From positions 1-64,000 of the forward strand of contig JBFGJH010000011.1 in NCBI GenBank assembly GCA_041577335.1: 64,000 nucleotides of DNA, given 5' to 3'. Source of the DNA: Acidimicrobiia bacterium (GTDB taxonomy: Bacteria > Actinomycetota > Acidimicrobiia > Spongiisociales > JAENVV01). The position numbers were made by a program, and so were the translations under genes. The notes beneath the pieces are model-generated. The model was not told the origin of the DNA, ran no database searches, and saw nothing but the letters and a program-made list of their open reading frames with translations. This document shows positions 19,054 to 29,178 of the stretch, piece by piece (position 1 is the first letter of the stretch; the number at the start of each line of letters is the position of its first letter).

Positions 19054-20052
19054 ATGGCACCAACGAGGAGAGCGCTGGGAGGGTTGGCGATTCTCGCCTT
19101 GGTGCTGAGCGCCTGTGGCTCGAGCGCTGACGACACGTCGGCCGGCGCACCTGCATCAGGCAGCGCCTCGATTGAAATCTCGGGATCGTCGACGGTCGAG
19201 CCGATTTCTTCGCGGGTGGCAGCAGCTTTCAGCGCAGACAACCCGGACGTGCCGATCTCGGTTGAAGGCCCTGGGACCGGTGACGGGTTCGCCCGGTTCT
19301 GCGCCGGTGAGACAGATATCTCCAACGCGTCGCGGGCAATGAAGGCCGAAGAAGCTGAGGCGTGCGCCTCGACGGGTGTTACCTACGTCGAGTTGCATAT
19401 CGCCACCGACGGGATCACAGTGCTGACCTCTCCCGACAACGGCGCGATATCCTGCCTCGACTACGCCGATCTCTATGCCCTCATCGGCCCCGAATCTGAG
19501 GGTTTTGCCAATTGGTCGGATGCCAACGACTTGGCGGCTGAGGTTGGTGGAGGGCACGCCCCGTATCCCGACGCTCCTCTGGTCATCACAGCTCCGGGTG
19601 AAGAGTCTGGGACCTTTGATACGTTCGTGGAGCTGGCGCTCGAAGATATCCTCGAAGAGCGAGGGCAGGAAGACCCGACTCGGGCCGACTATCAGGCCTC
19701 AGCCAACGACAATACGATCGTGCAGGGGATCACCGGAAATCCAACCTCGCTGGGCTGGGTGGGGTTTGCCTTTTTCGAGGAAAATGCGGACGTGCTGAAG
19801 GCTATCGACATCGACGGAGGCGACGGCTGCGTGACTCCCACCGCCGAGTCGATCGCTTCCTTTGAGTATCCGTTGTCGCGACCATTGTTCATCTACGTCA
19901 ACACCGACGCGGCAGCCGAGAAGCCTGAGCTGGCGGAATACGTAGATTTCTATCTCTCGGAAACCGGGCTCGCCTCGGTCTCGGACGCCGGATACGTGCA
20001 GCTTCCCGCGGCCGATATCGAAGAGACCCGGTCCGCATGGACAGGTCGGTGA
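19054..20052 (+). CDS. pstS: Phosphate ABC transporter substrate-binding lipoprotein (alternative start 19048)
   Basis: Lipobox LSAC, GSSTV, GTGDGF..FC, SGTFDTF, YPLSRPLFIY. Confidence 0.95.
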   Translation: MAPTRRALGGLAILALVLSACGSSADDTSAGAPASGSASIEISGSSTVEPISSRVAAAFSADNPDVPISVEGPGTGDGFARFCAGETDISNASRAMKAEEAEACASTGVTYVELHIATDGITVLTSPDNGAISCLDYADLYALIGPESEGFANWSDANDLAAEVGGGHAPYPDAPLVITAPGEESGTFDTFVELALEDILEERGQEDPTRADYQASANDNTIVQGITGNPTSLGWVGFAFFEENADVLKAIDIDGGDGCVTPTAESIASFEYPLSRPLFIYVNTDAAAEKPELAEYVDFYLSETGLASVSDAGYVQLPAADIEETRSAWTGR

Positions 20053-20981
20053 CCCGGGATCCTCAGGCGCCGGCCCGGATCGACCTCACAGGCGATCCGG
20101 TTCGGCGCCGTCGCGAGCGGTCTGTCCGTTGGTTGCTCTTCACTGCCGCGGGGTTCTCGGTCTTGGTGTCGGTGGCGATTGTGGTGTCGCTCGTAGGCGA
20201 GGCCTTCTCCTTCGTCCGTGACATCGAACTCGGCCAGCTCTGGGATGACGGATGGTTTCCGCGGCGCGGGCGCTTCGACATCCGCACGATCCTGGCTCAC
20301 TCGATCCTGATCTCGGCGATCGCCATGGTTGTCGCCATCCCGCTCGGCCTGGGCTCTGCGATCTACCTGTCGGAATACGCCTCACGCGGGGTCCGGCGGA
20401 TCGTGAAGCCGACGCTCGAGGTACTGGCCGGCATCCCTTCGGTCGTGCTGGGATTCTTCGCTCTCACCTTCATCACGCCCGAGATTTTGCAGCGTCTGTT
20501 CGAGTCGGCCCAGATCTTCAATATGGCGGCGGCCGGCATCGGAGTGGGCATTCTCACCACACCACTCATCGCATCCATCTCCGAGGATGCCCTGCGAGCG
20601 GTGCCCGGCTCTCTGCGCGAGGCGGCGTACGGTCTCGGAGCGCGCAAGGTGCACACCACATTGCGGGTCGTGGTACCTGCGGCGGTTTCAGGAGTGGTCG
20701 CCTCATTCATAGTCGGTGTGTCACGGGCTGTTGGCGAGACCATGGTCGTCGCCATCGCAGCGGGCGCCTCGGGTGGGTCCCTGCTCAGCTGGAACCCCCT
20801 CAACGGCGGTCAAACAATGACGGGAGCCATGGCATCGCTCGCCATTGGTTCCGACCAGGTCGCCGGTGACGATGCCGCGTTCCAGAGCTTGTTCTTCGTT
20901 GGCCTGCTCCTTTTTCTCATCACCCTCGGGCTCAACGCCATCTCTGAGCGCTTCGTGCGTCGAGTACGGACCAGGTACTGA
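20049..20981 (+). CDS. pstC: Phosphate ABC transporter permease
   Basis: AIYLSEYA, LAGIPSVV, LREAAYGLGA, SRAVGETM. Confidence 0.95.
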   Translation: MTRDPQAPARIDLTGDPVRRRRERSVRWLLFTAAGFSVLVSVAIVVSLVGEAFSFVRDIELGQLWDDGWFPRRGRFDIRTILAHSILISAIAMVVAIPLGLGSAIYLSEYASRGVRRIVKPTLEVLAGIPSVVLGFFALTFITPEILQRLFESAQIFNMAAAGIGVGILTTPLIASISEDALRAVPGSLREAAYGLGARKVHTTLRVVVPAAVSGVVASFIVGVSRAVGETMVVAIAAGASGGSLLSWNPLNGGQTMTGAMASLAIGSDQVAGDDAAFQSLFFVGLLLFLITLGLNAISERFVRRVRTRY

Positions 20982-21922
20982 TGACCAGCGGAGCCCTCAC
21001 GACGAGCGACGTTGTGCGCCAGTCGTTGACCACCAAGGGCGTGGATCGGCGCGGGACACTGTTGTCGGGAGCGCTCCTGGTCGGGTTGCTGATCGTTTTG
21101 GGCACGCTGGCAGTGCTGATCGGCGATATCCTCATCCAGGGCTGGGCGACGCTCACCAGTCGTGGCGCTGAGTTTGCCACCGGTGCGCTCAACCCCGACC
21201 CGGCGCTGGCCGGGGTGGGTCAGGGAGTCGTCGGGTCGATCCTGCTGATGGTGATGGTAATCGTGGTGAGTTTCCCCCTTGGCATCGGAGCTGCGATATA
21301 CGTGGAGGAATATGCCCGAGATACCCGGTTGACTCGGGTGCTGACGGCGAACATTCGCAATCTCGCGGGCGTGCCATCGATTGTGTTTGGGTTGCTCGGG
21401 CTGGCTGTTTTCGTGAAGGTCATGGCGGGGGTCACCGGCGGACGCACGGTGATCGCCGGCGGCCTGACACTGGCGGTGCTCGTGCTCCCGATCATGGTCA
21501 TCACCGCATCAGAGGCGCTCCGAGCAGTGCCGCAAGAGCTTCGCCAGGCGGCATACGGCGTTGGAGCGACCCGCTGGGAGGTGGTTCGTCATCACGTCCT
21601 GCCCGTGGCGGCCCCCGCGATCTTCACCGGCGCCGTCCTCACCATTGCCAGGGCGTTCGGCGAATCGGCGCCTCTGCTCTTGGCAGGAGCCATCGTCGGG
21701 AACTTCCTCTCCAACGGGGACATGGGCATCGGACAACAGCTCACCGAAGGAAAGTACACCGCCCTCCCGATCATCGTCTTCAACTGGGCCCGCCAGCCGC
21801 AGAGGGAGTTTCAGGAGATCACCGCCGCAGCCATTATCGTATTGCTGGTCCTGCTGTTCATCGTGAACGGGGCTGCGATTGTGCTGCGTGACCGTTTCGA
21901 ACGGCGGAGCATGTATGGATGA
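20981..21922 (+). CDS. pstA: Phosphate ABC transporter permease
   Basis: [34 protein letters not shown] coupling. Confidence 0.95.
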   Translation: MTSGALTTSDVVRQSLTTKGVDRRGTLLSGALLVGLLIVLGTLAVLIGDILIQGWATLTSRGAEFATGALNPDPALAGVGQGVVGSILLMVMVIVVSFPLGIGAAIYVEEYARDTRLTRVLTANIRNLAGVPSIVFGLLGLAVFVKVMAGVTGGRTVIAGGLTLAVLVLPIMVITASEALRAVPQELRQAAYGVGATRWEVVRHHVLPVAAPAIFTGAVLTIARAFGESAPLLLAGAIVGNFLSNGDMGIGQQLTEGKYTALPIIVFNWARQPQREFQEITAAAIIVLLVLLFIVNGAAIVLRDRFERRSMYG

Positions 21923-22763
21923 TGAGGAAATGACTGTGGAAACCAAAACTCCCGGCGAAGAGCACGGGCAGGCCGACCCGACCGCCAAAGAGGTCGTGTT
22001 GTCTCTCGAGGACTTGGGGGTCTTCTACGGCGCGTTTCAGGCGGTACGCAACGTGACCCTTCCCATTCGCCGTAATGAGGTAACGGCATTCATCGGGCCT
22101 TCCGGTTGTGGCAAATCGACCGTTCTGCGCTGCTTCAACCGGATGAACGACCTCATCGAGTCTGCCCGTGTGGAAGGATCGGTGCGATATCACGGAGTCG
22201 ATCTGTACGGAGCCGATGTCGACCCGGTGGAGGTGAGGCGGCGCATCGGCATGGTGTTTCAGAAGCCGAACCCATTTCCGAAATCGATCTATGACAACCT
22301 CGTCTTTGGCCCGAAGATCGCCGGCTACCGAGGTGATCTCGACGATCTCGTCGAGGAGTCGCTCACCAAGGCAGCGCTGTGGGGCGAGGTCAAGGACAAG
22401 CTCGATCAATCGGCGCTGGCCTTGTCCGGCGGACAGCAGCAGCGGTTGTGTATCGCCAGAGCGATCGCCACCAGCCCGGACGTGTTGTTGATGGACGAGC
22501 CGGCGTCGGCTCTCGACCCGATCGCTACGCTCAGGATCGAAGACCTGATGGATGAGCTGAAGCGCGACTACACGATTGTCATTGTCACGCACAACATGCA
22601 ACAGGCTGCTCGCGTCTCTGACCGCACTGCTTTCTTCACGGTTGATGTTCGCGAGAATGGGCAAAGGACGGGAGTTCTGGTCGAGTTCGACGATACTCCG
22701 AAGATCTTCACCAACCCTGAGCAGCGACAAACTGAGGACTACATCACCGGTAGGTTCGGATGA
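21915..22763 (+). CDS. pstB: Phosphate ABC transporter ATP-binding protein
   Basis: [46 protein letters not shown]. Confidence 0.97.
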   Translation: MDDEEMTVETKTPGEEHGQADPTAKEVVLSLEDLGVFYGAFQAVRNVTLPIRRNEVTAFIGPSGCGKSTVLRCFNRMNDLIESARVEGSVRYHGVDLYGADVDPVEVRRRIGMVFQKPNPFPKSIYDNLVFGPKIAGYRGDLDDLVEESLTKAALWGEVKDKLDQSALALSGGQQQRLCIARAIATSPDVLLMDEPASALDPIATLRIEDLMDELKRDYTIVIVTHNMQQAARVSDRTAFFTVDVRENGQRTGVLVEFDDTPKIFTNPEQRQTEDYITGRFG

Positions 22764-23461
22764 CCGACACGAGATCGAACTTTCATCAACAACTCGAACA
22801 GCTCGAAGCCGAAGTGCTCTCCATGGGGGCGTATGCCGAGCAGATGCTCGCCGATGCGGTCGCTGCGTTGGTGACGAGCGACGCAGCAGCTGCCTCCGCA
22901 GTGATCGCCATGGACGATGATCTCGACAACCGCTATCTGGAAGTCGAGAGAACTTGGCTCGAAACGATGGCACTGCAGATGCCCGTGGCGAGTGACCTTC
23001 GGCTCATGTCTGTGGTACTTCACACCAATCATTCGCTGGAGAGAATCGGCGATCAGGCAGTCAGTACCGCTGCTGCGGTCGAGATCACAGAAGGCTTCCC
23101 GACACACCAGCAGATGCTCACGATCATCGGCGAAGTCGGCAACAGGGTGAGGGCAATGGTTCGGGCCTCGCTGTCGGCGATGCAACAGCGTGACCTGGAA
23201 GGAGCCTTGGCGCTCCCCTCGATGGGCAAAGCGGTCACCAAGCTCAACAAGCAGCTGATTGGGATGGTCGCCGAATGCAAGGACAACGAACGCCAACTCG
23301 AATGGGCTGTTCGCATGGTGGTGGTGGCACGCAACCTCGAGCGTGTTGGCGCTCGAGCCATCGACATCGCCGAACAAGTCGCGTTCTTGTTGAGTGGTGT
23401 CTTTCGGGAGTTCAGCGCGGATGATTGGGATCCGCAGAGCCTTCTGCTCGAAGACAGGTGA
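22760..23461 (+). CDS. phoU: Phosphate signalling protein PhoU
   Basis: [23 protein letters not shown] repeats; follows pstB. Confidence 0.93.
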   Translation: MTDTRSNFHQQLEQLEAEVLSMGAYAEQMLADAVAALVTSDAAAASAVIAMDDDLDNRYLEVERTWLETMALQMPVASDLRLMSVVLHTNHSLERIGDQAVSTAAAVEITEGFPTHQQMLTIIGEVGNRVRAMVRASLSAMQQRDLEGALALPSMGKAVTKLNKQLIGMVAECKDNERQLEWAVRMVVVARNLERVGARAIDIAEQVAFLLSGVFREFSADDWDPQSLLLEDR

Positions 23462-24159
23462 AAAGACGAATCCTGGTCGTCGAGGATGAGGAGGCGCTGG
23501 CCGAGTCCGTTCGCTACCACCTCGAACGCGAGGGCTACCTCGTGGAGACCGCCACGGATGGCGCCACCGCCGTCGACCTCGAGCGGGCGTCCATGCCCGA
23601 TTTGGTTCTGCTCGACGTGATGCTCCCGACCATGCACGGTTTCGATGTGCTCCGAGCAATCAGGGCCCAGTCATCCGTGCCGGTGATCATCGTCACCGCC
23701 AGGGACGCCGAGGCGGATGTCGTGGCGGGTCTCGAGCTCGGTGCCGATGACTATGTGACCAAGCCGTTCTCGATGCGTGAGCTGCTGTCGCGCGTCGGGG
23801 CGAACCTGCGCCGGCTCGAGGTGCAGCTCGGCGCAGGACTGGCAGAGGATGACGTTCTCGAGATTGGCCAGGTCAGGCTCGACATCGGCCGCCATGAGCT
23901 GGCAGTGGATGGCGAGCCAGTGCCTCTTCGGCCCAAGGAGTTTGCCCTGCTGGAGGCGTTGATGCGGCGCAACGGGCACTTGGCCACACGAGGGGATCTC
24001 ATCAGCGACGTGTGGGGTTACGACTACTTCGGCGACACCAAGACGCTCGACGTTCATATCAAACGGCTTCGATCCAAGATCGAACGCGACCCCAAAGCCC
24101 CCGAGTACATCGAGACCGTTCGTGGAATCGGATACAAGTTTTCTCGCGGCCCCACATGA
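23458..24159 (+). CDS. regX3: OmpR-family response regulator (RegX3/PhoP-like)
   Basis: LVVEDE, LDVMLP, GADDYVTKPF, VWGYDYFGDTKTLDVHIKRLRSKIE. Confidence 0.92.
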   Translation: MKRRILVVEDEEALAESVRYHLEREGYLVETATDGATAVDLERASMPDLVLLDVMLPTMHGFDVLRAIRAQSSVPVIIVTARDAEADVVAGLELGADDYVTKPFSMRELLSRVGANLRRLEVQLGAGLAEDDVLEIGQVRLDIGRHELAVDGEPVPLRPKEFALLEALMRRNGHLATRGDLISDVWGYDYFGDTKTLDVHIKRLRSKIERDPKAPEYIETVRGIGYKFSRGPT

Positions 24160-25367
24160 TCGCGTTCAGTGCGGGTCTCCTGGCCGGCGCAGTGCTCGTA
24201 GGTGCCGTCTTGTGGTGGCAACGCCGTCGCACGGCGAGCAGGCTCGCTCAGATGATGGCGGAGGTGATGTCTGGTACGGCGCTTTCGACGCTGCCCGCCG
24301 ACGACCTCGAACGATCGGTGCTCGTAGCGATGGAAGCCCTGAACGACGCCAATCGCACACAGCTCGAGGCCGCCAACGCCGAGTTGCGGCTGCGCGAGCA
24401 GTCCCTGTCAGGAATCGCTGAGGCCGTGGTCCTGCTCGATACCGATGGCCAAATCGTTTACGCCAACACCGCTGCCGAAGAGACTCTCGGTCGTGCTCTG
24501 TCGGGCAGGGGCTTGCGCCACAACGTGCTCACCAACTTGGCCGAGCAAGCCAAATCGGGTGAAGCTCAGCAGATATCGTTCGACGATCCCATCGAGCAGC
24601 GGGTGTATCACGCGTCAGCTCGGATCGTCGACGACAGCGGCTACGCCGTCGTCGTGGTGCGAGACGAGACCGAAACAAGGCGGCTGGCCGCGGTTCGGCG
24701 CGATTTTGTGGCCGATGCATCCCACGAGCTGAAGACGCCGGTGTCAGCGATACGGGCAGCGATCGAGACGGTCATATTGGCGCTCGCCGACGGTGACCTC
24801 GATGCGGCACAACGGTTTTCGGAGAAGGTGCGAGGAAGTGCAGAGCGCTTGTCGAATCTGGTTGGCGACCTCCTCGACCTATCCCGACTCGAGTCGGCGG
24901 TAGAACGCGGCGGCGTCATCGAGCTCGGCAGCGTTGTGCACGCCGAAGTCAACCGCCGGGCCGGTGCGAAACCATCGCCGACCTTCCACTCGGTCGCGAC
25001 TCCGCTCGAAGTTGTCGGCATATCGTCGGACCTGGCGCTGGCCGTCGGCAATCTTTTGTCGAACGCGATCCGGTATACGCCTGCTGACGGGTCCGTTACG
25101 GTACGGCTCCTACCCGAGGAAGGTTGGGTCACCATCGAAGTGACTGACACAGGTTCAGGGATTCCCTCCAAGGACCTGCCGCGCGTCTTTGAGCGCTTCT
25201 ACCGAGTTGATCCAGCCAGGTCGCGGGCAACGGGGGGAACAGGGCTCGGGCTCTCCATCGTGCGCCATGTGGTGGAGTCGCACGGTGGATCGGTTGCGGC
25301 GAGCAGCATCCTTGGTGAAGGCTCGACGTTTCGCATCAGGCTGCCGCTGGCACCTGAGATCGATTAG
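24156..25367 (+). CDS. senX3: Sensor histidine kinase (SenX3/PhoR-like)
   Basis: Single N-terminal TM, PAS-like region, RRDFVADASHELKTP, NAIRY, FERFYRVD..RSR..GGTGLGL. Confidence 0.92.
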   Translation: MIAFSAGLLAGAVLVGAVLWWQRRRTASRLAQMMAEVMSGTALSTLPADDLERSVLVAMEALNDANRTQLEAANAELRLREQSLSGIAEAVVLLDTDGQIVYANTAAEETLGRALSGRGLRHNVLTNLAEQAKSGEAQQISFDDPIEQRVYHASARIVDDSGYAVVVVRDETETRRLAAVRRDFVADASHELKTPVSAIRAAIETVILALADGDLDAAQRFSEKVRGSAERLSNLVGDLLDLSRLESAVERGGVIELGSVVHAEVNRRAGAKPSPTFHSVATPLEVVGISSDLALAVGNLLSNAIRYTPADGSVTVRLLPEEGWVTIEVTDTGSGIPSKDLPRVFERFYRVDPARSRATGGTGLGLSIVRHVVESHGGSVAASSILGEGSTFRIRLPLAPEID

Positions 25368-26060
25368 TCAGAGTTCAACGCCGGCGCCGGCGAGCCATGC
25401 TTGGCAAGCACGCATGAGCTGCGTTCGGTGCTCCATGTGAACCGCACGGTCACGCTCCCAGATCGAATGGGGAGCCGGCAGCTCGTCGGCAGCGACATCA
25501 TGAATACGATTGAGCCGACCCGAGTGGCGCATCGCGACATAATTGAAAATGATGTCCTCGCCGTTCCCGGGCGGCTGCGAGCCCGCCTGGAGGGCCGCAA
25601 AAGCGGGAGCGTCGGCAAAAAACGTCGCGGCGTGGCGCCGGGAGGCCACCAAGGCTCGCGTCAGCACGATTGGCACGTCCTCGTTGCCTCGGTATTTGGC
25701 AGCGTAGGTGCCATCTTCGGGCCGCGGTCCTCGCCCAAATACGCCATGGATGATGTCGGGATCCGCCCGCCACCCGTCATGCAGGTCTCGAATCGAATCG
25801 GCAGGAAGCTCAACGTCGTCGTCCTGGATCAACACTGCCTCGGTGGGAGCAAGGCACGCCGCCGCGAAGCGTGTGTACAGACCCAGATCTTCGGACGCAT
25901 TGACGGCTTGGGCCCACGGGTGCCGAAAATAGGTTGCCGGGTTGTTGTTCCAGACGATGGCATGCCCCACGTAGCCCGACTCGCGCCACCCCATCAGGAT
26001 CTGGTTCACGTTGTCGGGACGTTTCCAGTTGAGGATCACGCCGGTGATGCCCTCGCTCAT
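25368..26060 (-). CDS. Glycosyltransferase, GT64/exostosin C-terminal (EXTL2)-like
   Basis: IVWNN, RF, TEAVLIQDDD (DxD), GVFGR, NGEDIIFNY, H.EHR...C. Confidence 0.72.
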   Translation of the reverse strand: MSEGITGVILNWKRPDNVNQILMGWRESGYVGHAIVWNNNPATYFRHPWAQAVNASEDLGLYTRFAAACLAPTEAVLIQDDDVELPADSIRDLHDGWRADPDIIHGVFGRGPRPEDGTYAAKYRGNEDVPIVLTRALVASRRHAATFFADAPAFAALQAGSQPPGNGEDIIFNYVAMRHSGRLNRIHDVAADELPAPHSIWERDRAVHMEHRTQLMRACQAWLAGAGVEL

Positions 26061-26091
26061 CGGGCCAGCTTACCGAGCCGTGCGAATGGGC

Positions 26092-27843
26092 CTACCAATA
26101 CTCTTCGAAGTGAACGTTGCCGGGGGAGCCCCGCCGGTCTGCCGTGAAGCCTCGCTCGGTGAGGACCTCGATGGCTCCCTTGGGCTTCGGAAACACGAGA
26201 TCGCCGTTGGTATTCTCCGGCGGACCGATCATGGCGGGATTTCCACACAAGAACACATGCGTCCGGGTCGGGTCGAGCACCACATTGGCTCGCTGTTCCA
26301 GCTCGCCGGTCTCGATGAGCTCTTGGATGTAGCGCTTGGGAATGTCCGGCTCTCGGGTGGGCTGGGCCAGATAGTGGTAGTTGGTGAACCGGCGCTCGAG
26401 GGCACGATGCGTGTCCTGGTATCCGAGGTCGGCTGAGAACCGCGTTGACACCACCGAGACGATGGGGCCGTGATGGCCGCGACGCAGCAGCTCGGCGATC
26501 ATCGCGTTGTGGGGTGCTTCCCCTGTGCCGGTTGCCAGGAACACGACGGTGCCGGCGGGATCACGGACATAGTCGAGCGTGTACCGGCCGGAGATCTTGG
26601 GGCCGAGATAGATGCGATCGCCTGGCTCTTTGAGGGCGAGCCGAGGGGTGAGTGCCGGCACTCTGCCCGAAGACGGCGGTACCAGCACCACATAGAACTC
26701 CAACTCGGCTTCGTCGTGTGGGTCGGCGAGGTAGCCGTACTCGTCGAAAATCGCCGAGGAGATCGAGTAGGAGCGTCGGATCAGCTTCTCGGACTGGGCG
26801 GCGGTGAGAACATCCCGGGCGGTGTCGATCCGGGGCTCCCAATACCCCAGCCCCAGCGTCGCATATTGACCGGCCCGGTGGGTAGCGCCGCCTGAATCGG
26901 GGCGAACGCGAATGATCCAGAGGTCGCTGTGAGCCTTTTCGAGAAGCGTGATTCGTGCGTTGTAATGCTGACGGCGCAGCTCCTCGATCCTCCCGTGCTC
27001 GGAAATGGGTTGGCTGGGCGGCGCCAGAGGGAGATCCTGAAACAGCCGGTCTCGGATGACATTCCATGCGTTCCCGGCAGGGATCACCGTGGCAGCTGCA
27101 TGGGCATAGTGGTCGGAGCGGTCCTGGAGGATGAACACGTGGTCGGGTCCCGTCTGGACGGTCACTCCGATGAGGGCGAATGGGTCGTCATGAACCTCGA
27201 CCCCGACTGCGAAGACGACATGATCGAACTGGAGATCGGGAGTTCGCCGGTCCTCGAAGACGGCCATCGGGAGCCCAGCCACGTCGTCGATGGCACCGGG
27301 GCCGGTGTGAAAGAAGATGGTGATATCGCGGTCTCGTTCGAGTTTTCGCAAATCCGATTGGCTGAGCCGACTGAGGTCTTCGAAACGATCTCGGAGCGCG
27401 AGAACGACATGGCACCCCGAGCGAACCAGCTGTTCGGTCATTTCCACGGCCCGGGTGCCCGCGCCGACCACCAGAACATCTGACCCGGTCGCGACGCCGG
27501 CGACGTCGACGTGAACGCGGTCGTGCAGGGTAGGTGGGATGTCCAACGGGGGAGGCAGCGGATGGCCAGGAGGGATGTCGGCGACCGCCACGGCACGCGC
27601 GTGGATGATTTGGCCCGACTCCAGCTCGACCTCGACCTCGTCGTCGAGATCGCGGAGATTGGCGACGCCGGTGTGGTATTCAACGTGTAAGGCATGCGTG
27701 CCCACCGCTTGTGAAGGCGTGACCTCGCTGGAACGCTCGAGAATGAGGACCGAGCCGAGGCCCGCCTCTTGTGCTTCGACAGCCAGACTCAACGAGGCTG
27801 GGTTGCCTCCGATGATCACCAGGTCGGCGTGGTCCGCAGTCAT
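26092..27843 (-). CDS. Fusion of degenerate TrxB-like disulfide-oxidoreductase domain and ferredoxin-NADP+ reductase
   Basis: N-terminal LVIIGGNPAS and VLVVGAGTRAVE; C-terminal RRSYSIS, LATGTGEAPH, FLCGNPAMI, HFEEYW; start ATG 27843 after TAGGAT. Confidence 0.82.
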   Translation of the reverse strand: MTADHADLVIIGGNPASLSLAVEAQEAGLGSVLILERSSEVTPSQAVGTHALHVEYHTGVANLRDLDDEVEVELESGQIIHARAVAVADIPPGHPLPPPLDIPPTLHDRVHVDVAGVATGSDVLVVGAGTRAVEMTEQLVRSGCHVVLALRDRFEDLSRLSQSDLRKLERDRDITIFFHTGPGAIDDVAGLPMAVFEDRRTPDLQFDHVVFAVGVEVHDDPFALIGVTVQTGPDHVFILQDRSDHYAHAAATVIPAGNAWNVIRDRLFQDLPLAPPSQPISEHGRIEELRRQHYNARITLLEKAHSDLWIIRVRPDSGGATHRAGQYATLGLGYWEPRIDTARDVLTAAQSEKLIRRSYSISSAIFDEYGYLADPHDEAELEFYVVLVPPSSGRVPALTPRLALKEPGDRIYLGPKISGRYTLDYVRDPAGTVVFLATGTGEAPHNAMIAELLRRGHHGPIVSVVSTRFSADLGYQDTHRALERRFTNYHYLAQPTREPDIPKRYIQELIETGELEQRANVVLDPTRTHVFLCGNPAMIGPPENTNGDLVFPKPKGAIEVLTERGFTADRRGSPGNVHFEEYW

Positions 27844-27891
27844 TGCGGCGATCCTACCGGCCGCGCCGTCGTGCCACGGTACGATGGCGCC

Positions 27892-28590
27892 GTGACGACC
27901 ACCGTTCCGAAGCTGCGCAAGGCCAACAAGGCCACCGCTCCCGGGCTGACGATCGAACGAACGATCTGGGAAGCCGGCACCGACGTGGTGGTCGGCGTCG
28001 ACGAAGTCGGTCGGGGAGCCTGGGCAGGCCCGATTTCGGTGGGCGCCGCGGTGGTTCCGAAGGATCGGCGCGTCTACAAGATTCGTGATTCCAAGATGCT
28101 CACGGAGGACGAGCGTGAGGCATTGTTCGATCGAGTGGCCGACTGGTGCGTGAGCTGGTCGGTGGGCCATGCCAGCTATCAGGAGTGTGACGAACTGGGG
28201 ATGTCCGCGGCACAGAAGCTCGCCGCTGAACGGGCGCTGGCCGGCCTGGGTATGTCACCCGGTGTCGTGTTGGTCGATGGGAATTGGGACTTCGTACGGG
28301 CCGACCGGACTCGATTGATCGTCCGTGGCGACCAGCTGTCGCTCTCCATCGCCGCCGCCTCGATCCTCGCCAAGGTGACACGGGATCGTATCCTCAGGGC
28401 CGAGGCGGATCATTTCCCGGCCTACCTGTTCGAAGCCAACAAGGGATATCCGTGCCCGCGCCACAAGGCGGCGCTGGTAGCGCTCGGACCCTCGGCGATC
28501 CACCGGCGCAGTTGGGCGTTCATGGACAACCTGCCATGGACGGCCCTCGAGCGGTATGCGCGACCCGATCCCCAGGGGGTGCTGTTCTGA
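27892..28590 (+). CDS. rnhB: Ribonuclease HII
   Basis: GVDEVGRGAWAGP, DSK, VDG, IAAASILAKVTRD, NKGY. Confidence 0.96.
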   Translation: MTTTVPKLRKANKATAPGLTIERTIWEAGTDVVVGVDEVGRGAWAGPISVGAAVVPKDRRVYKIRDSKMLTEDEREALFDRVADWCVSWSVGHASYQECDELGMSAAQKLAAERALAGLGMSPGVVLVDGNWDFVRADRTRLIVRGDQLSLSIAAASILAKVTRDRILRAEADHFPAYLFEANKGYPCPRHKAALVALGPSAIHRRSWAFMDNLPWTALERYARPDPQGVLF

Positions 28591-29111
28591 GCCTGGCAGG
28601 GCGCCTCCTGGTCGCCACACCCGCCCTCTTCGATCCGCATTTCTTCCGGACGGTGGTCCTGATCGTCGAGGACGATGCCGAGGGCACAATGGGCGTCATT
28701 CTCAACCGATCGACCGGCCTCACAGCTTCGGACGACTTGCCGTTCATCGAACATGTGACCGAGCCGGCTACGGTGTTTTCGGGTGGCCCGGTCCAACCAG
28801 AACACGGACTGGCGTTGGCTGCCGGTGGCGGGCCATTCTCGATCGAGGCCGAGCTATCCGACGGCGCGGTCGGCATTGTCGCTCCCGACACCGAGTCGAT
28901 CGATCGGATCCGCTACTTCGCCGGGTACGCAGGGTGGGTTCCTGGCCAGCTCCAGGCCGAGCTCGACGAAGAAGCGTGGTGGGTCATTGACGCCTCCATG
29001 GCTGATCTCTTCACCGTTGCACCCGACCAACTCTGGCGAGCAGTGCTCCGACGCCAGCCAGGCCGGCTCTCCATGCTGGCGAGCTACCCCGATGATCCCA
29101 GCCTGAACTAG
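28587..29111 (+). CDS. YqgE/AlgH family protein (DUF179); start codon uncertain
   Basis: LLVATP..DPHFFRTVVL, GVILNR, GGPV, GYAGW..GQL..EL, ends DPSLN. Confidence 0.9.
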   Translation: MSLAGRLLVATPALFDPHFFRTVVLIVEDDAEGTMGVILNRSTGLTASDDLPFIEHVTEPATVFSGGPVQPEHGLALAAGGGPFSIEAELSDGAVGIVAPDTESIDRIRYFAGYAGWVPGQLQAELDEEAWWVIDASMADLFTVAPDQLWRAVLRRQPGRLSMLASYPDDPSLN

Positions 29112-29178
29112 GTCACCCCCAGCGTGGCCCGTCGCGTTGTGAGGTGTCGATGTCGGGAACCGCCGGTAAAGTCGGCGT

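Noticed and set aside
27844..28170. N-terminal extension of the 692-aa FNR-fusion ORF
   Set aside because: Overlaps rnhB on the opposite strand; leaderless -10 supports ATG 27843.
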